Shown: positions 50,482-64,000 of the stretch, one piece after another
How positions within the stretch are numbered: position 1 is the first letter of the stretch
Layout of the letters: the number at the start of each line of letters is the position of its first letter
Virus record (IMG/VR): IMGVR_UViG_3300027963_004416
Coordinates: 64,001-128,000 of that record
Source: a virus
Direction: 5' to 3' (one strand)
DNA length: 64,000 nt
The notes under the pieces: generated by a model
Databases searched by the model: none
The model's input: the letters and a program-made list of their open reading frames with translations, nothing else
What the model was told of the DNA's origin: nothing
Position numbers and translations under genes: made by a program

Positions 50482-50724
50482 ATGGCCACTAATATTAAAG
50501 CCGTTGTAAGACAGACCGGTTCTATTTTAACTCAACAGTCTACTCTTACTTTAAAAAATACCTTAAAGGATGAGATTGCTCTTAGAGAAATTACTAATGT
50601 AATTGAAGGTTCCCCTAATAATGGCGATACATTAGTATACAATTCCATTTTAAATAAATATGAAGTAAAGCCAGTATCAATCTCAGCAAATAATATAACA
50701 GGACTAGACGGGGGAACTTTCTAA
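50482..50724 (+). CDS. Small structural protein ending LDGGTF
   Basis: G.TLVY......Y motif; DGGTF terminus shared with next gene. Confidence 0.7.
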   Translation: MATNIKAVVRQTGSILTQQSTLTLKNTLKDEIALREITNVIEGSPNNGDTLVYNSILNKYEVKPVSISANNITGLDGGTF

Positions 50725-52617
50725 ATGGCAAATACAATTATTCAAATAAAACGCAGTACTACTACTGCGGCACCTGGTGCTCTGAGCCAGGGTGAATTAG
50801 CATACTCGTCTAATGGCGAAGTATTATACATTGGTAGCCCAGTAGGTGCAGATACTGCTAACGTTGTTGCAATTGGTGGCAAGAGAACACCAGGCACATT
50901 AACTGCTAATCAAGCTCTAGTAGCTAACTCAACATCGGGTATTGATAAGGTTATCGTAGCCAACTTAGTTGCTACTCAAGTATATGCAAATGGCTCATTT
51001 GGTTCGAACGGCTATGTTCTAACTTCAAGCGCTAGCGGTAACGTAAGATGGATGAGCCCAAGTAATCTAACCACAGCTGCTGCTGGTTCGAACACATACG
51101 TTCAATTCAACTCCAATGGTGCGTTTGACGCAGTATCAGGATTTGCATTCGACAAAACAACTAATATTTTAACTGTTGCTAATGCAGTTGCCACTGATCG
51201 TATTCTTTCGCCGCAAAACAATCTGAATATTACTCTCGACTACAATGGTAACAGCGGTACAGTTGGGGTTCAATCAGATCTATACGTCGGTACCGGAGCT
51301 TCTGGTAACGTGTACGTTAACGGTTCAGTAAATGCCTCTTCATTCAAAGTAGGTACTGATCTAGTAGCTAATGCTTCCGGTGTTTATTCAACTGGTACAG
51401 TCAATGCTGCCGTTGTTCAAGTTGGTTCAAATTTTAAAGCTAATACTACTCAGGTTACAATTGCTAATACAGTAGCTATCAGTGCAAATGGATCAACCGG
51501 TACAGCCGGCCAAGTCCTTACTTCAAACGGTTCAACAGTTTATTGGTCTACTCTAACTGGTGATATCACTGAAGTTACAGCAGGAAATGGCTTAACTGGT
51601 GGTGGAGATTCAGGTTCTGTGACTCTTGATGTTGGCGCCGGTGCCGGTATTACAGTAAACGCTAATGATGTTGCTGTTAATGCAGGCAATGGTATTGTTG
51701 CAAACTCATCAGGAACCTTTGTTAGGGCTGGTACCGGTGTAACTGTAAATGCTACCGGGGTTCATATTGGTCAGGATGTAGGCACAACAAGCAACGTTAG
51801 CTTTGGCGTAGTAAATGCTTCGGCGTTTAATATTGGTTCTGACTTTACTGCAAACTCAACAACAGTAGCTCTTAACAACAACGTTATTGTCGGTAGCAGC
51901 AACGCTGATACGGTAGCTATTAACGCTAAAGTTAATACTAGCATCATGCCTGCCGCTAATGCTACTTACAACCTGGGTTCAAATGACACCAGATGGCTAA
52001 CAGTTTATGCTGGTAACGTTTACGCTGGTTATGCTACATTTGATAATAGCGTTACTGTTTCAGGTAACTTATACGTTTCTGGTAACGTAGTATCTATTAA
52101 CGTAGAAACACTAGCTGTAACTGACTCATTAATTCAGCTAGCTAAAGATAATATTACCACAGATACCCTTGATATTGGTTTCTATGGCAATTATAATCCG
52201 GATGGTGGTGCTAATGAGCACACTGGTCTGTTCCGTGATGCTACAGACGGTAAATATAAGCTTTTCCAAGGTCTAACAGTTGCACCTACCACAACAGTAG
52301 CTACTGGTGATGCTTCGTATAGCACTGCTACTTTACAAGCGTATTTACTATCAGGTGCATTAGGTACTAATTCAACAGCAGTTTCAATAACTGCTAATAG
52401 TACAGTCAACGTAGCAATAGTAGCAAATACACTATCGCTAACAACAGCACTAGGCGTTAGTTCAGGCGGTACTGGTAAGACTTCTATTACTAACAATGCA
52501 GTGCTATTTGGTTATGGTACTGGTAGCATTCAAGAAGCTACTGGTTCCAATGGTCAAGTTTTACAGATTTCAAGCAACGTGCCAACATTCGGAGGTCTTG
52601 ACGGCGGCACATTCTAA
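50725..52617 (+). CDS. Tail fibre protein
   Basis: IQIKRS...P..L..GELA; GLFRDATDG; LDGGTF. Confidence 0.8.
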   Translation: MANTIIQIKRSTTTAAPGALSQGELAYSSNGEVLYIGSPVGADTANVVAIGGKRTPGTLTANQALVANSTSGIDKVIVANLVATQVYANGSFGSNGYVLTSSASGNVRWMSPSNLTTAAAGSNTYVQFNSNGAFDAVSGFAFDKTTNILTVANAVATDRILSPQNNLNITLDYNGNSGTVGVQSDLYVGTGASGNVYVNGSVNASSFKVGTDLVANASGVYSTGTVNAAVVQVGSNFKANTTQVTIANTVAISANGSTGTAGQVLTSNGSTVYWSTLTGDITEVTAGNGLTGGGDSGSVTLDVGAGAGITVNANDVAVNAGNGIVANSSGTFVRAGTGVTVNATGVHIGQDVGTTSNVSFGVVNASAFNIGSDFTANSTTVALNNNVIVGSSNADTVAINAKVNTSIMPAANATYNLGSNDTRWLTVYAGNVYAGYATFDNSVTVSGNLYVSGNVVSINVETLAVTDSLIQLAKDNITTDTLDIGFYGNYNPDGGANEHTGLFRDATDGKYKLFQGLTVAPTTTVATGDASYSTATLQAYLLSGALGTNSTAVSITANSTVNVAIVANTLSLTTALGVSSGGTGKTSITNNAVLFGYGTGSIQEATGSNGQVLQISSNVPTFGGLDGGTF

Positions 52618-52630
52618 ATTATGAGGGGTT

Positions 52631-52846
52631 ATGGATACTGAATTTATTAATGTTTATATACAGAAGCAAAAAACGTTTATTGAAGAACTAGTTGCAAAAA
52701 ATTTAATTTTAGAAACCAAGCTCACTATAGCAGATAAAATCGCAGGTGAGCTTGGTTCTAAGGTGAGTACTTTAGAAGGGCAATTATCTAAAGCTTTAGA
52801 AGCTGTAGAAACTAAGAAATCAAGTAGATCTACAAGTAATACTTGA
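52631..52846 (+). CDS. Small coiled-coil protein
   Basis: N.YI......I.EL...N..LETKL. Confidence 0.7.
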   Translation: MDTEFINVYIQKQKTFIEELVAKNLILETKLTIADKIAGELGSKVSTLEGQLSKALEAVETKKSSRSTSNT

Positions 52847-52847
52847 T

Positions 52848-54797
52848 ATGAAAATATTTGTGATAAATTTAGAAGCCAGGCCTGATCGCCTGGCTTTTAT
52901 GTCTGAGCAGCTTAAAGATGTTGAATGGCAAAGACATTCAGCGCTGAATGGCCATAGTTTAACTATGGATGCAATCGTTCAATTAGATTTCGCACCATAC
53001 AGCAAATGGATTGATCCTCTTCTAGATAGAAAATTAACCAATACGGAAATAGCAGCTGCTATCTCTCATTATCAGTTATGGGAAAAGTGTGTTGAGCTTA
53101 ATGAGCCAATTCTTATTTTAGAAGACGACTCACAGCTTGTTGGTGATTTAGATTTAAAAGAACTAGAATTATTAAGTAATGAATATGATATAGTTTATCT
53201 TGATCACAGAGAGATGTTTCCTGACCTATCCGTAGTCGGAGAAAAATTCGTCAGGCCCTTTTATCCCTACTGGAACAATGCATATGTTATTACACCCAGG
53301 CTTGCTCGTTATATTATAAATTCACCCTATAGATACAATATAATACCGGTGGATGAGCTGTTTCCTATTTTAAGCGGAATTGCTTTTAACGATCATTGTC
53401 TAGGTAATAAAGAAATTTTTACTTCACTCCAGGAATTACTTATGACGCTACCAACTAACCCGGTAGCGTACAAAGAGAGTATTTTTAAACAACTACCCAG
53501 AAAAATTATGGGATCTGATATTGAAAGTGGAAGATCGATTATGAATACAGTTCATGTGTTAACAGTGGCAACAGATGAAACAAAACTAAAGTATCTGGAT
53601 ACTTCAGCTCAAAAGTTTGGAATAAAATTTATTAATCTAGGTAAAGATGTCGTATGGGACGGGGGAAACATGATCGGGCCCGGTGGTGGCCAGAAGTTAA
53701 AACTAGTTAAGAACTATGTTAGTCAAATACCAGAGCAGGACATTGTTCTATTCGTAGACGGATATGATGTTTTTTTTAATGACGATCTACAGACAATAGT
53801 CGATCGATTTAATGGATTTGACTGTAAAGTTCTTTTTGCAGGAGAGAAGAATTGCTGGCCAGATAAGTCTATTGCTCCTCTGTTCGACGGTGACACTGAC
53901 TACAAATACTTAAACAGTGGAGTGTATATTGGATACGCAGGTTATGTTTGCTCTCTCATAGAGAATTATATACAAAACTCTGATGATGATCAACTTTATC
54001 TTCAAAAGAAATACATTGTGGATTTATTTGATTCAAAAAAACTGTACAAGATAGATGTCGAGAATTATATATTTCAGTGCTTGGCAGGAGCGGTTGATGC
54101 AGTAACTGTTAAATCAAACGGGCAGTTATTGAATTCTGAAACTAGATGTTGCCCCTGTATACTCCATGGTAACGGTGGCGATTCAGTAAAGAAAGATTTT
54201 GATAGATTATTTAACACAATCTTCAATGAGAGTGACATAGGTATTGAATTTATGACGCCATCTGGCTATGAAATTGTAGGTCCAGAAATTTTAGAAATTG
54301 ATTTACTTACACCAGATATGTGCAAGCAGCTCGTTAATCTTGCCGATAGCCATGGTAAATGGGAGCCTATGAGTGGTGATAAGTTTCCTGCGCAGGAAAT
54401 AAGAATACGAGAAATTGATATTAATCTGTTTAATAAACTAGAACAACATCTTAAAGATAAAGTTTACCCTTTAATAGAGCAATACTGGTTTCCTTTAAGC
54501 ATGTACGGTTTAAGAGATGCCTTTATTATTAAATATACTCCAGAGACACAAGCTAAGCTAAAATGTCACCATGATGCTTCTCTTGTATCCGGTAATGTTA
54601 AACTTAATAGCGAATATACAGGCGGAGATACTTATTTCTACAGGCAGAATTATTCAAACATAAATACATCTGTCGGTAAAATGACTATGTGGCCGGGACA
54701 GGTTACACATGGTCATGAAGGGAGAGAGGTAACCTCTGGTGCAAAATACAATCTAGTAATTTGGACGAGTAGAAGACCTGGAGATATAAACTACTAA
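52848..54797 (+). CDS. Three-domain enzyme: GT25 + PLOD/LH3-type glycosyltransferase + 2OG-Fe(II) lysyl-hydroxylase-like domain
   Basis: GT25: VINL..RPDR, SH..LW, ILEDD; PLOD-GT: TVAT, W.GG...GGGQK, FVDGYD, EKNCWPD, LNSG.YIG, DDDQL; LH: HHDAS, PG..TH.HEG..VT.G..Y. Confidence 0.9.
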   Translation: MKIFVINLEARPDRLAFMSEQLKDVEWQRHSALNGHSLTMDAIVQLDFAPYSKWIDPLLDRKLTNTEIAAAISHYQLWEKCVELNEPILILEDDSQLVGDLDLKELELLSNEYDIVYLDHREMFPDLSVVGEKFVRPFYPYWNNAYVITPRLARYIINSPYRYNIIPVDELFPILSGIAFNDHCLGNKEIFTSLQELLMTLPTNPVAYKESIFKQLPRKIMGSDIESGRSIMNTVHVLTVATDETKLKYLDTSAQKFGIKFINLGKDVVWDGGNMIGPGGGQKLKLVKNYVSQIPEQDIVLFVDGYDVFFNDDLQTIVDRFNGFDCKVLFAGEKNCWPDKSIAPLFDGDTDYKYLNSGVYIGYAGYVCSLIENYIQNSDDDQLYLQKKYIVDLFDSKKLYKIDVENYIFQCLAGAVDAVTVKSNGQLLNSETRCCPCILHGNGGDSVKKDFDRLFNTIFNESDIGIEFMTPSGYEIVGPEILEIDLLTPDMCKQLVNLADSHGKWEPMSGDKFPAQEIRIREIDINLFNKLEQHLKDKVYPLIEQYWFPLSMYGLRDAFIIKYTPETQAKLKCHHDASLVSGNVKLNSEYTGGDTYFYRQNYSNINTSVGKMTMWPGQVTHGHEGREVTSGAKYNLVIWTSRRPGDINY

Positions 54798-54827
54798 GAC
54801 AGTATATACTGTCATTTGCGAGGCCAC

Positions 54828-59018
<4,191 letters not shown>

Positions 59019-59044
59019 CATAGCCGAGTTCTCGAGGAGCGAAG

Positions 59045-59410
59045 ATGGCAATCAAAATTAATGGTACCACTATTGTTGATGATAGTCAAAACGGTACTCT
59101 TACTGGTAATTTAACTATATCAACAAGTACATCTGGTACTGTATCTGTTGGTAATTCTACAGTTAATACAACCGCTAATGCTACAATTTTAGCTATTAAC
59201 GGCACAGGTGCACAAGTAAGACTTGGTAACACCACAGTTAATACCTATGTAAATGCAACTACAATTGCTGTGACGTCAGTACTTGCTAATGGCTCTATAG
59301 GTACATCAGGTCAGCTACTTACCTCAAACGGTAGCGGTATCTATTGGTCGACATCTGCCGGTGGAACAGATGATACTGCTAGAACATTAGCTACTTTAGC
59401 ATTACCATAA
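59045..59410 (+). CDS. Short fibre-associated protein
   Basis: MAIKINGTT.VDDS; GQ.LTSNG...YW motif shared with fibres. Confidence 0.75.
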   Translation: MAIKINGTTIVDDSQNGTLTGNLTISTSTSGTVSVGNSTVNTTANATILAINGTGAQVRLGNTTVNTYVNATTIAVTSVLANGSIGTSGQLLTSNGSGIYWSTSAGGTDDTARTLATLALP

Positions 59411-59411
59411 T

Positions 59412-60791
59412 ATGATCGGTGTAGAGACTCTAGTGGGCTGTGTTAATACAGCAATTCAATCGGTAGCAAATACCGATGAGTTAGGCATACTTCAACTTTC
59501 AAGCATTGTCAAGGACTTTGATTCTAATACCGTATACGCGGTTGCTAACGTAGCTTCACTGCCGTCAGCTGCCTGTAATAAAGGGAGAATGATTTTTATT
59601 ACGGACAGGTGCGCTTATCGTATTAGTGATGGTACAAGATGGATAAACGATTTTACTAGTAATACCGTGACAAACGCTTTATATGCCTGGGGCACCAGTC
59701 TTTGCGGCGCACTAGGTGACGGTACAACCGTATCTAAATCATCTCCGGTTTCAGTTGTTGGTGGGTTTACAGATTGGTGTCAGGTCTGCACCGGTCAATC
59801 CCATACTACAGGGCTTAGAACTAACGGAACTATATGGGCATGGGGGACAGGCTCAGTGGGTGAGTTAGGTGACGGGACAACAGTATCTAAATCATCACCA
59901 GTATCAGTTGTTGGTGGTTTTACAGATTGGTGCCAGATTAGTGCTAGCAGTTGTTCTAGTATAGGAATAAGAACTACTGGCTCACTATGGTCATGGGGGT
60001 CAAACGCCCAAGGTCAATTAGGTGACGGTACTACTGTTAATAGATCATCACCAGTATCAGTCGTAGGCGGATTTACAGATTGGTGTCGAATTAGCACTGG
60101 CGCTGTCCATGGCTTAGGTATTAGAACCAACGGCACAGCATGGGCCTGGGGATTCAATTTATATGGCCGTCTAGGAGACGGAACAACAGTATCTAAATCA
60201 TCACCAGTATCAGTCGTGGGAGGGTTTACCGACTGGTGTCAGATTAGCGCAGGTCTTGCACATGGTCTAGGTGTCAGAACCAATGGTACAGCATGGGCGT
60301 GGGGACAAAATTGTAGAGCAGTAGTAGGTGCTACAGGTGCACTAGGCGACGGAACAACCGTAAATAAATCATCCCCAGTATCAGTAGTAGGGGGGTTTAC
60401 AGATTGGTGTCAAGTTAGTGCAGGTACGTATCACAGCTTAGGAGTTAGAACCAATGGGACAGCATGGGCATGGGGACATAATTGTTGTGGTCGTTTAGGT
60501 GATGGAACAACAGTAACAAAGTCATCACCAATATCGGTGATTGGGGGATTTACAGATTGGTGTCAGATTAGCGCAGGTCAATTTCATTCCGCAGGAGTAA
60601 GAACCAATGGAACAGCTTGGGGATGGGGTTGTGCTTGTAACGGTCGTTTAGGTGATGGAACAACAGTTGACAAATCATCTCCAGTTTCTGTTCTCGGAGG
60701 AATAATAAACTGGTGTCAGGTTAGCGCCGGTACAGGTACAAACGGTACAAGCTTTGGAATAGTCTTAGGTAAAGGATTTGCAGCCATATGA
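59412..60791 (+). CDS. RCC1-repeat beta-propeller protein 1
   Basis: Seven ~51-aa repeats WG....G.LGDGTT..KSSPVSV.GGFTDWCQ.SAG. Confidence 0.92.
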   Translation: MIGVETLVGCVNTAIQSVANTDELGILQLSSIVKDFDSNTVYAVANVASLPSAACNKGRMIFITDRCAYRISDGTRWINDFTSNTVTNALYAWGTSLCGALGDGTTVSKSSPVSVVGGFTDWCQVCTGQSHTTGLRTNGTIWAWGTGSVGELGDGTTVSKSSPVSVVGGFTDWCQISASSCSSIGIRTTGSLWSWGSNAQGQLGDGTTVNRSSPVSVVGGFTDWCRISTGAVHGLGIRTNGTAWAWGFNLYGRLGDGTTVSKSSPVSVVGGFTDWCQISAGLAHGLGVRTNGTAWAWGQNCRAVVGATGALGDGTTVNKSSPVSVVGGFTDWCQVSAGTYHSLGVRTNGTAWAWGHNCCGRLGDGTTVTKSSPISVIGGFTDWCQISAGQFHSAGVRTNGTAWGWGCACNGRLGDGTTVDKSSPVSVLGGIINWCQVSAGTGTNGTSFGIVLGKGFAAI

Positions 60792-62140
60792 ACGTATCTA
60801 ACCTTATCCTCCAGCTCAAATCTAAGCTATCAAGTTGCACTATAGATCAGCAAATGATTTCTAAGGCTATCATATTACTGCAATTAGGCAGAGTTGAATC
60901 CGTTTCTACCTATGCTAGTCTACCATCTGCATCAGCTAATCAAGGTCAGCTTTACTACGTATATTACGACGGTCTATATTGGTCTAATGGTTCTAGCTGG
61001 GCAAGGATCGCAAGATCTACGTTAGATCAATCATGGGCATGGGGGTTTAATAATTGTGGTCAACTAGGTGATGGTACAGTCAACAACAAATCATCACCAG
61101 TATTAGTAGTTGGCGGGTTTATAGATTGGTGTCAAGTTAGTGCTGGGTGCTATCAAACCTTAGGTGTTAGAACCAATGGTACTGCTTGGGCCTGGGGATG
61201 TAACAGTTATGGCCGTTTAGGTGACGGTACAATCGTAAATAAGTGCTCGCCAGTATCAGTCGTTGGTGGTTTTACTGATTGGTGTCAGGTTAGTGCAGGT
61301 AACAGACACAGCTTAGGTGTTAGAACCAATGGAACAGCCTGGGCATGGGGACGTGCTAGTAGTGGTCTTTTAGGTGACGGTACAACGGTTGATAAATCAT
61401 CACCAGTATCAGTAGTAGGAGGTTTCACTAATTGGTGTCAAGTTAGTGCAGGCCAGGGCCATAGCTTAGGTATTAGAACCAATGGTACATTGTGGTCCTG
61501 GGGATGTAACAGTTACGGCCAACTAGGTGACGGTACAACCGTATCTAAATCATCACCGGTATCAGTCATTGGCGGGTTTACAGATTGGTGCCAGGTTAGT
61601 GCAGGCCATGGCCATAGCTTAGGTGTTAGAACCAATGGAACAGCCTGGGCATGGGGAAGTAATTGTAGATTAATAGTAGGTGCTACAGGTGCACTAGGCG
61701 ACGGAACAACTGTAAACAAATCATCACCAGTATCAGTTGTTGGAGGTTTCACTAATTGGTGCCAGGTCAGTGCTGGGTACATTCACAGCCTAGGTGTTAG
61801 AACCAATGGCACTGCATGGGCTTGGGGTATTGGATCCAGCGGGCGACTAGGTGACGGTACTATTGTAAACAAATCATCACCAGTATCGGTCGTAGGCGGC
61901 TTTACAGATTGGTGTCTGGCAGATGCGGGCCAAGTCGAAAGTGCCGGCATTAGAACTAATGGGACAGTCTGGACATGGGGATGTAATGGTAGTGGTTTTA
62001 CAGGATTCATTGGAACTTTAGGTGACGGTACATCCGTTTGTAGATCATCACCAGTATCAGTCCTAGGCGGCTTTACAGATTGGTGGCAAGTTAGCGCAGG
62101 TCAATGTAATTTTCTAGCTATAAGAAGACCATCAACATGA
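60788..62140 (+). CDS. RCC1-repeat beta-propeller protein 2
   Basis: Same repeat, seven copies. Confidence 0.92.
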   Translation: MNVSNLILQLKSKLSSCTIDQQMISKAIILLQLGRVESVSTYASLPSASANQGQLYYVYYDGLYWSNGSSWARIARSTLDQSWAWGFNNCGQLGDGTVNNKSSPVLVVGGFIDWCQVSAGCYQTLGVRTNGTAWAWGCNSYGRLGDGTIVNKCSPVSVVGGFTDWCQVSAGNRHSLGVRTNGTAWAWGRASSGLLGDGTTVDKSSPVSVVGGFTNWCQVSAGQGHSLGIRTNGTLWSWGCNSYGQLGDGTTVSKSSPVSVIGGFTDWCQVSAGHGHSLGVRTNGTAWAWGSNCRLIVGATGALGDGTTVNKSSPVSVVGGFTNWCQVSAGYIHSLGVRTNGTAWAWGIGSSGRLGDGTIVNKSSPVSVVGGFTDWCLADAGQVESAGIRTNGTVWTWGCNGSGFTGFIGTLGDGTSVCRSSPVSVLGGFTDWWQVSAGQCNFLAIRRPST

Positions 62141-63483
62141 ACATAGCTCAATTTCAAATACTTCTACAAGAATCGATTGATAATGCTACTACTACTTTGG
62201 ACTATTTGTTCTTAGCTAAAGCCGTTCAAGCGCTTGGAATGGGACAGATACGTAAAGTTAGCACTTATTCAAGCTTACCTTCTGCATCGACTAATAAAGG
62301 TTTATTGGTATTTGTTACAGCAGACCAGAGATTATATTCGAGCACTGGTACTGATTGGCAAAGCATAGTTTCGTTAACTAAAGGAATAACATACAGCTGG
62401 GGAAGTGCTTGTTGTGGTCTTTTAGGTGACGGGACAACAGTATCTAAATCATCTCCCGTTTCTGTCATAGGCGGGTTTACAGATTGGCGCCAGATTAGTG
62501 CAGGATGTTTCCATAGCTTGGGGTTACGTACTAATGGGACTGTATGGGCATGGGGTTTCGGGTGTAATGTATTAGGTGATGGAAGCACAATTGTAACATG
62601 TAAATCATCTCCCGTTTCTGTCATAGGCGGATTTACAGATTGGTGCCAGGTTAGTGCTGGGGGTAATCACAGCCTAGGTGTTAGAACCAATGGTACAGCA
62701 TGGGCATGGGGGTCAAACGCCCAAGGTCAATTAGGTACCGGAACTGTTGGTACACCTGCCTGCGCTTCACCAGTATCAGTCATAGGTGGGTTTACAGATT
62801 GGTGTCAAGTTAGTGCTGCAGGATCTACCCATAGCTTAGGTGTTAGAACCAACGGTACAGCATGGGCCTGGGGAAGTAATTGTTGTGGTCGTTTAGGTGA
62901 CGGTACTACAGTAGCTAAATCATCACCAGTATCGGTCATAGGCGGGTTTACAGATTGGTGCCAGATTAGTGCTAGTGCAGGAGGTTATCACAGCCTAGGT
63001 GTTAGAACCAATGGTACATTATGGGTGTGGGGGAGTAACTCTAGCGGCAAATTAGGTGATGGTACAACCGTAAATAAATCATCTCCAGTTTCAGTTGTTG
63101 GTGGTTTTACTGATTGGTGCCAGGTTAGTGCAGGAAATGATCATAGCTTAGGTGTTAGAATTAATGGGACAGCATGGTCATGGGGGACTAATAAAAATGG
63201 TCAACTAGGAGACGGTACAACCGTAGATAAATCATCCCCCGTATCAATAGTAGGTGGGTTTACTAATTGGTGCCAAGTTAGTGCTGGGGGTAATCACAGC
63301 CTAGGTGTTAGAACCAATGGTACATTGTGGTCCTGGGGATTTAATAATGCTGGTCAACTAGGAGATGGAACAACTGTATGCAAATCATCACCAGTATCGG
63401 TCATAGGCGGGGTTACAGATTGGTGTCAAGTCAGCACCGGTTCTGGCTGCGGTGTTTCAGCTATTAGAGGATCAAGCTTCTAA
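62137..63483 (+). CDS. RCC1-repeat beta-propeller protein 3
   Basis: Same repeat, seven copies. Confidence 0.92.
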   Translation: MNIAQFQILLQESIDNATTTLDYLFLAKAVQALGMGQIRKVSTYSSLPSASTNKGLLVFVTADQRLYSSTGTDWQSIVSLTKGITYSWGSACCGLLGDGTTVSKSSPVSVIGGFTDWRQISAGCFHSLGLRTNGTVWAWGFGCNVLGDGSTIVTCKSSPVSVIGGFTDWCQVSAGGNHSLGVRTNGTAWAWGSNAQGQLGTGTVGTPACASPVSVIGGFTDWCQVSAAGSTHSLGVRTNGTAWAWGSNCCGRLGDGTTVAKSSPVSVIGGFTDWCQISASAGGYHSLGVRTNGTLWVWGSNSSGKLGDGTTVNKSSPVSVVGGFTDWCQVSAGNDHSLGVRINGTAWSWGTNKNGQLGDGTTVDKSSPVSIVGGFTNWCQVSAGGNHSLGVRTNGTLWSWGFNNAGQLGDGTTVCKSSPVSVIGGVTDWCQVSTGSGCGVSAIRGSSF

Positions 63484-63501
63484 TAAATAGGAGAAATAAA
63501 A

Positions 63502-64000
63502 ATGTATGCAGTAGTTTATAAAAATAGAGTAATAGTAGGGCCTATGGACTGGAATAGTGGGATTTTTAAAGGCTCACTAGAAAAGGAAGGGGTAGATATT
63601 CAGCTTTCAAAACTTCCCCCAGAACAACTCCCTCTTATAATTAATAATGATGCAAAGATTACCTTAGTAGAGGAAGTTAGACCAGAAATCGACCCTATGG
63701 TCGAGTACTATTACGGACCTCTCTGGAACGTATCTGGGGATGTAACGATCGCTAACTATGAAGTGATGGATTCACCAGTAGATGCGGCTAAAATTAATTA
63801 CATTAACTTAGCCGCTGCTGAGCGCTGGAAAAAAGAAGTAGCTGGCGTTAAACTAAATATAGGTAGCAAGGAAGTTACATTAGATACAACACGCGGCGGT
63901 CGCGCTATTTATTCACATCAACTATCAGTAATGAGCAATGGTGATACAGTGAATTGGAAGTTTACTGAAGGCTGGTTAAGTCTTACAAAAAGCGACATGT
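63502..64000 (+). CDS. DUF4376-like tail-associated protein (partial, runs off window)
   Basis: AGGAG RBS; AAERWKKEVAGV......V.LDT.R..R, V.WKF..GW..L. Confidence 0.7.
   Translation, partial: MYAVVYKNRVIVGPMDWNSGIFKGSLEKEGVDIQLSKLPPEQLPLIINNDAKITLVEEVRPEIDPMVEYYYGPLWNVSGDVTIANYEVMDSPVDAAKINYINLAAAERWKKEVAGVKLNIGSKEVTLDTTRGGRAIYSHQLSVMSNGDTVNWKFTEGWLSLTKSDM

Noticed and set aside
54798-54813. LexA SOS box
   Set aside because: Half-sites are in the wrong order and spacing relative to CTGT-N8-ACAG
59680-63440. Regular ~153-bp DNA repeats as a CRISPR array or DGR template/variable repeats
   Set aside because: In-frame coding RCC1 blades with synonymous variation; no cas or reverse transcriptase gene, and differences are not adenine-specific

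Overview
64 kb of a large T4-like (myovirus) bacteriophage genome, AT-rich, standard genetic code. Nt 1-20.8 kb hold replication and accessory genes on the + strand: end of nrdB, RuvC-like resolvase, a nucleotide-sugar/heptose cluster, rnh, an exonuclease, gp33, gp59 and gp32. An accessory island between rnh and gp33 carries an unannotated pqqA peptide gene, a Bfd-like ferredoxin, a circularly permuted two-piece tmRNA and an ACP + 3 desaturases + ketosynthase + di-iron enzyme operon. Nt 20.8-26.7 kb (- strand) hold tail/baseplate hub genes, with a probable -1 frameshift joining gp26 to gp51. Nt 26.7-64 kb (+ strand) hold the baseplate (gp48, 53, 5, PAAR, 25, 6, 7, 8), a VrlC-like protein, several tail fibres and three RCC1-repeat paralogues. 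The strongest candidate for a new system is a single three-domain enzyme (GT25 + PLOD/LH3-type glycosyltransferase + lysyl hydroxylase) next to a Gly-X-Lys collagen tail fibre, suggesting an animal-like collagen Hyl-Gal-Glc pathway on a phage virion. All family assignments are by motif recognition, not database search.
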